This document shows positions 59,931-64,000 of a DNA stretch of 64,000 nt, piece by piece. Source of the stretch: an uncultured Chloroflexia bacterium. Lineage in GTDB: Bacteria > Chloroflexota > Limnocylindria > Limnocylindrales > CSP1-4. The notes under the pieces were generated by a model. It made no database searches and had not been told where the DNA came from. It saw nothing but the letters and a program-made list of their open reading frames with translations. The stretch lies in NCBI GenBank assembly GCA_963813535.1, contig CAWEZH010000002.1, positions 928,001-992,000 on the forward strand, given 5' to 3'. The position numbers were made by a program, and so were the translations under genes. Within the stretch, counting starts at the first letter, position 1, and each line of letters starts with the position of its first letter.

Positions 59931-60578
59931 CTAGGCGAACAACCGTCCCGAGTCGCGGACGAGCTCGAGCCATGGGCGCTCCCGGCCGAGCGTCGTCTCG
60001 GCGCCGTGGCCGGGGAAGACCGTCACACCGTCCTCGAGCTCGAGCAATCGCCCGAGCGAACCGACCATCGCGTCCGCGTCGCCACCGGGCAGGTCGACCC
60101 GGCCCCAGCCTCCGGCGAACAGCGTGTCGCCGCTGAACAGGAGACCCGCGTCGGGTTCGAGGAGGCAGACCGACCCCTCCGTATGACCCGGCGTGTGGAG
60201 CACCCGCAACCGGATCGAACCGAGGCGGACCTCGCCGCCCTCGGCGAGATCGACGGCCGGGACGGACGGCGGGATCTCGAATGGGGCATAGGTCGCCGTC
60301 GGATGCTCCAGCCGGTCGCGATCAAGCGGATGGACGGCGATGTCGGAGCCAGTGTGCTCGGCGACGGCGGCGTTGTCGCCGATGTGGTCCCAGTGGCCGT
60401 GGCTCGAGACGATGAGCTTGAGCGTCCAGTCGCGAGCCGCCAGCTCGTCGGCGATCCAGGCGAGACACGGCGTGGCGGTGTCGATAGCGATCGCCTCGCG
60501 CGAGCGCGGGTCGGCAAGCACGTGGACGTTGGTCGCGAGCGGGCCGATCACGCGGTGCAGCCGCTCCATCAACGGCAT
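59931..60578 (-). CDS. MBL-fold hydrolase (glyoxalase II-like)
   Basis: Motifs SHGHWDHIG, HTPGHT, FSGDTLF and FPGHG. Confidence 0.9.
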   Translation of the reverse strand: MPLMERLHRVIGPLATNVHVLADPRSREAIAIDTATPCLAWIADELAARDWTLKLIVSSHGHWDHIGDNAAVAEHTGSDIAVHPLDRDRLEHPTATYAPFEIPPSVPAVDLAEGGEVRLGSIRLRVLHTPGHTEGSVCLLEPDAGLLFSGDTLFAGGWGRVDLPGGDADAMVGSLGRLLELEDGVTVFPGHGAETTLGRERPWLELVRDSGRLFA

Positions 60579-61033
60579 CAGCCCGGGGATTCGCTGCCTT
60601 CGAGCTTGGCTTTGATGCAGTCGAACGTCTGGCCGATCATCTTGTTCGCGGTCCCCTCGATCAGTCTCGCGCCGACGCTGGCGATCGTGCCCGAGATGTT
60701 GACGTCGGCCGACCAATCCATCGTCGTCCCGGCGCCGTCGCTGTCGGACAGCTGCATCCGTGCGTCCGCGTCGACGGCACTGCCCGGCGCCTGACCGTGC
60801 GCCCGGATCGTGGCGACGGAGGGCGCGTCCAGGTCGACGAACTCCATGTTGACGATGAACCGCGCGCTGATGAACCCGACGCCGACCTTGGCGGTCGCCT
60901 TGAAGTGCGAATCGTCGATGACTTCGATCGATTCGACGCCGGGGCCGCACTGGCCGACCTGATTCGGATCGATCACGAATGCCCACACCCGGTCGCGGGG
61001 TGCGGCGATCTCGACGGTGCCTTCGAAGTGCAT
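60578..61033 (-). CDS. coxG: Carbon monoxide dehydrogenase subunit G (SRPBCC fold)
   Basis: Motifs VWAFVIDP, CGPG, KVGVG and ASVGARLI, in cox context. Confidence 0.87.
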   Translation of the reverse strand: MHFEGTVEIAAPRDRVWAFVIDPNQVGQCGPGVESIEVIDDSHFKATAKVGVGFISARFIVNMEFVDLDAPSVATIRAHGQAPGSAVDADARMQLSDSDGAGTTMDWSADVNISGTIASVGARLIEGTANKMIGQTFDCIKAKLEGSESPG

Positions 61034-61064
61034 CGGATCCTCCGGTCGCGTCTGACCTGTGCGG

Positions 61065-62102
61065 TCAGTCCTGCATCGGCGAGTACTCGGTGGCGGCGAG
61101 GAACGTCGCAGGCTCCTTGATGAACCGCGTTCGGCAACCGATCGAGCAGAACGCATAGACGATACCGTCGTGCTCGGCGAGATGCCGGGCATGCGCCGCC
61201 TCGACGGTCATCCCGCACACCGGATCGGTGAGCACGATGTCGTCGACGACCGGCTCGAGCGTGATCGATGGCGGCAGGCCGCCGGCGACGGTCGCCGGTC
61301 CCGGCGAGGCCACGAAGTCGGCACGACCACGTCGGACCTGGACGAGCTCGGCGAGGATCGACAGGGCGACCTCCTCCGCGGTCTCGGCCCCGATATCGAG
61401 CCCCGCCGGTGCTCGGAGTGCCGCGATGCGCTCATCGCCGACCGTCGTCTCCTCGCGCAACCAGTCGCGGACGACGGCCGACCGAGTCGGCGACGCGACG
61501 AGACCGACGTAGGCCGACTCGCGTGTGAGCGCCAGGCCCACGGCCTCCTCGTCCCAGATGCCCTGGCTGGCGACGACGACGTAGGGCGCGACACCCGGGT
61601 CGAGGCCGCGGATGTCGGCCGATCGGTGGACGCGCACACCAGGGAACGCATCGGGTTCGGCGATCGGGTCGATGACCGTCACTTGCCAACGCGCGGCCGC
61701 ACCGAGCGCGGCCAGCGCGCCGGCGATCGGCGTCGTCCCGATGATCCAGAGGTGCGCGGCGGGCAGATGGGGTTCCACGTAGATCTCCAGCGTGCCACCC
61801 GAGTGGCAGGTCATGACGAGCTCGATGACGCCATCGGCTCGGCGGCCCTCGCCCGGACCGTCGCGCGACAGCCGGAGCAATCGCGGCTGGCCGTCGCCCA
61901 GGGCGCGGAGCGCCTCGCGGACGACGACCGGTTGGGCGCAACTCCCACCGACCCAGCCCTCGATGCTGCCGTCCGGATGGACGATCCCGCTCGCGCCCGG
62001 GCGTGCCGATGTCGGACGGCGAACGGCCACCACGGTGGCGACCGCGAATGGTCGGCCGGCCGCCTCGAGCTCGGCTGCGCGTGCGAAGGTCGACGCCGTC
62101 AT
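61065..62102 (-). CDS. XdhC/CoxF family Mo-cofactor chaperone with C-terminal YHS/TRASH domain
   Basis: Motifs GWVGGSCA, CHSGG and APAGLDIGA. C-terminal DPVCGM...FCSIGC. Confidence 0.88.
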   Translation of the reverse strand: MTASTFARAAELEAAGRPFAVATVVAVRRPTSARPGASGIVHPDGSIEGWVGGSCAQPVVVREALRALGDGQPRLLRLSRDGPGEGRRADGVIELVMTCHSGGTLEIYVEPHLPAAHLWIIGTTPIAGALAALGAAARWQVTVIDPIAEPDAFPGVRVHRSADIRGLDPGVAPYVVVASQGIWDEEAVGLALTRESAYVGLVASPTRSAVVRDWLREETTVGDERIAALRAPAGLDIGAETAEEVALSILAELVQVRRGRADFVASPGPATVAGGLPPSITLEPVVDDIVLTDPVCGMTVEAAHARHLAEHDGIVYAFCSIGCRTRFIKEPATFLAATEYSPMQD

Positions 62103-62118
62103 CGCTCCGCGCGGCGGC

Positions 62119-64000
62119 CTACGCGAGCCCCTTGTCGTGCAGGATCGCCCAGACCTTCTGGGGCGTGATCGGGATATCGATGTTGCGGACGCCGAGGTGC
62201 CACAACGCGTCGACGACAGCGTTCGCGATGGCCGGTGGCGCCCCGACCGTCGCCGACTCGCCGACGCCCTTCGCGCCGATGGGATGGTGCGGCGACGGCG
62301 TCACCGTCTTCTCGAGCTCCCAGGCCGGGGTCTCGACCGCGGTGGGGAGCAGGTAGTCCATGAACGTGCCGGCCATGTTGTTGCCCAACTCGTCGTACGT
62401 GATCTCCTCGTACAGGGCCGGCGCGAGGCCCATCGTCAGCCCGCCGTGGATCTGCCCGTCGACGATCATCGGGTTGATGATGTTGCCGCAGTCGTCGACC
62501 GCCACGAAACGGCGGATCTTGACCTGCCCGGTGGGCTTGTCGATGTCGACCACGCAGATATAGCTTCCGAACGGGAACGTCAGGTTCGGCGGGTCGTAGT
62601 AGTCGACCGCCTCGAGGCCGGCTTCCATCCCCTGCGGATGGTTCGTGTACGCGGCGAAGGCGATGTCCTGGATGGTCTTGAACCGATCCGGTGAGCCCTT
62701 GACGCTGAACTTGCCGGGCTCCCATTCCAGGTCGTCCTCGGACGCCTCGAGCAAGTGGGCGGCGAGCTTGCGCGCCTTGTCGCGGATCTTGCGCGAGGCC
62801 ATGGCCGTCGCCGCGCCGGCGACGGGCGTCGAGCGCGAGGCGTACGTGCCGAGCCCGTAGGGCGCGGTGTCGGTGTCGCCGTACTCGATCTTGATGTCGC
62901 CGACCGGGAAGCCGAGCTCCTCGGCGATGATCTGGGCGAACGTCGTCTCGTGCCCTTGTCCCTGCGTCTGGACACCGATGCGGGCCAGGACCTTGCCCGT
63001 CGGGTGGACCCGGATCTCGCACGAGTCGAACATCTTCAGCCCGAGGATGTCGAAGTCGTGCGAGGGCCCGGCGCCGACGATCTCGGTGAAGCTGCTGATG
63101 CCGATGCCCATCAGCTCGCCGCGCTCGCGCTTCTCGGCCTGCTCCTTGCGAAGCTCGTCGTAGCCGATCAGGTCGAGCGCCTTCTGCAGCGCGGTGCCGT
63201 AGTCGCCAGAGTCGTATTCCCAGCCGGTGGGCGTCTTGTAGGGGAACTGCTCGGGTCTGATGAAGTTCTCCATGCGGAGCTGGGCCGGGTCCTTGCCGAT
63301 CTCGTGGGCGAGCACGTCGACGATCCGCTCGACGGCATGGACCGCTTCGGTGACGCGGAATGAGCAGCGGTACGCGACGCCGCCGGGCGGCTTGTTCGTG
63401 TACACGCCGTCGACCTCGACGAAGGCGTTGTCGAAGTCATACGAGCCGGTGATGACGTTGAACAGGCCGGCCGGGAACTTCGACGGGTCGGCCGCCGCGT
63501 CCGTGTAGCCGTGGTCGGCGATCGTCTTGACCTTCATCGCCTGGATGCGCCCTTCCTTGGACGCGCCGACCTCGATGTCGATGTGGTAGTCGCGGGCGAA
63601 CGAGTCCGCCTGGAGGTTCTCCGAGCGGTCCTCGATCCACTTGACCGGCTTGCCGATGAGGAACGAGGCGGCGACCGCCAGGACGTAGCCCGGATAGACC
63701 GGCACCTTGCCGCCGAACCCACCCCCGATGTCGTGGGTCTTCACCCGGATGTTCTGCTCGGAGATGGGCAGACCGGCCCCGGCGGCGACCAGGGCGACGA
63801 CGGTCCGGATGGCATGTGGCGCCTGGGACGTCATGTGCAGGGTCAACTGACTGCGGATCGGATCCCAGTCCGCGACGCAGCCACACGTCTCGATCGACGC
63901 GACGTGGATGCGCGGGATGTACATGTGTTCCTTGACCCGCACAGCGGAGGCGGCGAGGGCCGCGTCGGCCTTGTCGGCATCACCGGATGCCCAGTGCCAG
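62119..64000 (-). CDS. coxL: Aerobic CO dehydrogenase large subunit, form I (5' end outside window)
   Basis: Active-site AYRCSFR, plus GGGFGGK, QGQGHET and AKGVGE. Confidence 0.95.
   Translation of the reverse strand, partial: WHWASGDADKADAALAASAVRVKEHMYIPRIHVASIETCGCVADWDPIRSQLTLHMTSQAPHAIRTVVALVAAGAGLPISEQNIRVKTHDIGGGFGGKVPVYPGYVLAVAASFLIGKPVKWIEDRSENLQADSFARDYHIDIEVGASKEGRIQAMKVKTIADHGYTDAAADPSKFPAGLFNVITGSYDFDNAFVEVDGVYTNKPPGGVAYRCSFRVTEAVHAVERIVDVLAHEIGKDPAQLRMENFIRPEQFPYKTPTGWEYDSGDYGTALQKALDLIGYDELRKEQAEKRERGELMGIGISSFTEIVGAGPSHDFDILGLKMFDSCEIRVHPTGKVLARIGVQTQGQGHETTFAQIIAEELGFPVGDIKIEYGDTDTAPYGLGTYASRSTPVAGAATAMASRKIRDKARKLAAHLLEASEDDLEWEPGKFSVKGSPDRFKTIQDIAFAAYTNHPQGMEAGLEAVDYYDPPNLTFPFGSYICVVDIDKPTGQVKIRRFVAVDDCGNIINPMIVDGQIHGGLTMGLAPALYEEITYDELGNNMAGTFMDYLLPTAVETPAWELEKTVTPSPHHPIGAKGVGESATVGAPPAIANAVVDALWHLGVRNIDIPITPQKVWAILHDKGLA

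Overview
This is a high-GC bacterial chromosomal segment. Gene content and style resemble Chloroflexota or Actinobacteria-like soil or freshwater lineages (inference only). About 55 genes are supported. They include a GH13/GH38 sugar-utilisation cluster with a carbohydrate ABC importer, the housekeeping block tRNA-Leu(TAG)-tig-clpP-clpX-valS, and a compact Crp / MBL-hydrolase / class III cyclase-STAND ATPase trio. They also include an amine or polyamine uptake and catabolism region, a Mg-chelatase-like AAA+/VWA pair, an ABC-2 exporter-rsgA-GNAT operon, and the 3' part of a form I aerobic CO dehydrogenase cluster (coxL with AYRCSFR, coxF-YHS, coxG). No integrase, transposase, phage or cas genes were seen. 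The most unusual signals are: (1) a polyamine-type ABC importer whose ATPase is fused in frame to the solute-binding protein through an internal twin-arginine/TM segment, beside a permease with an extra TM hairpin right after its EAA coupling motif; (2) a promoter-uORF-antiterminator-terminator leader ahead of the exporter/small protein/rsgA/GNAT operon; (3) two non-coding arrays of short palindromes with a ~50-75 nt period; (4) several genes that appear to lack ATG/GTG/TTG starts, plus many likely leaderless genes. Two genes carry single +1 frameshifts, so sequencing error must be kept in mind.
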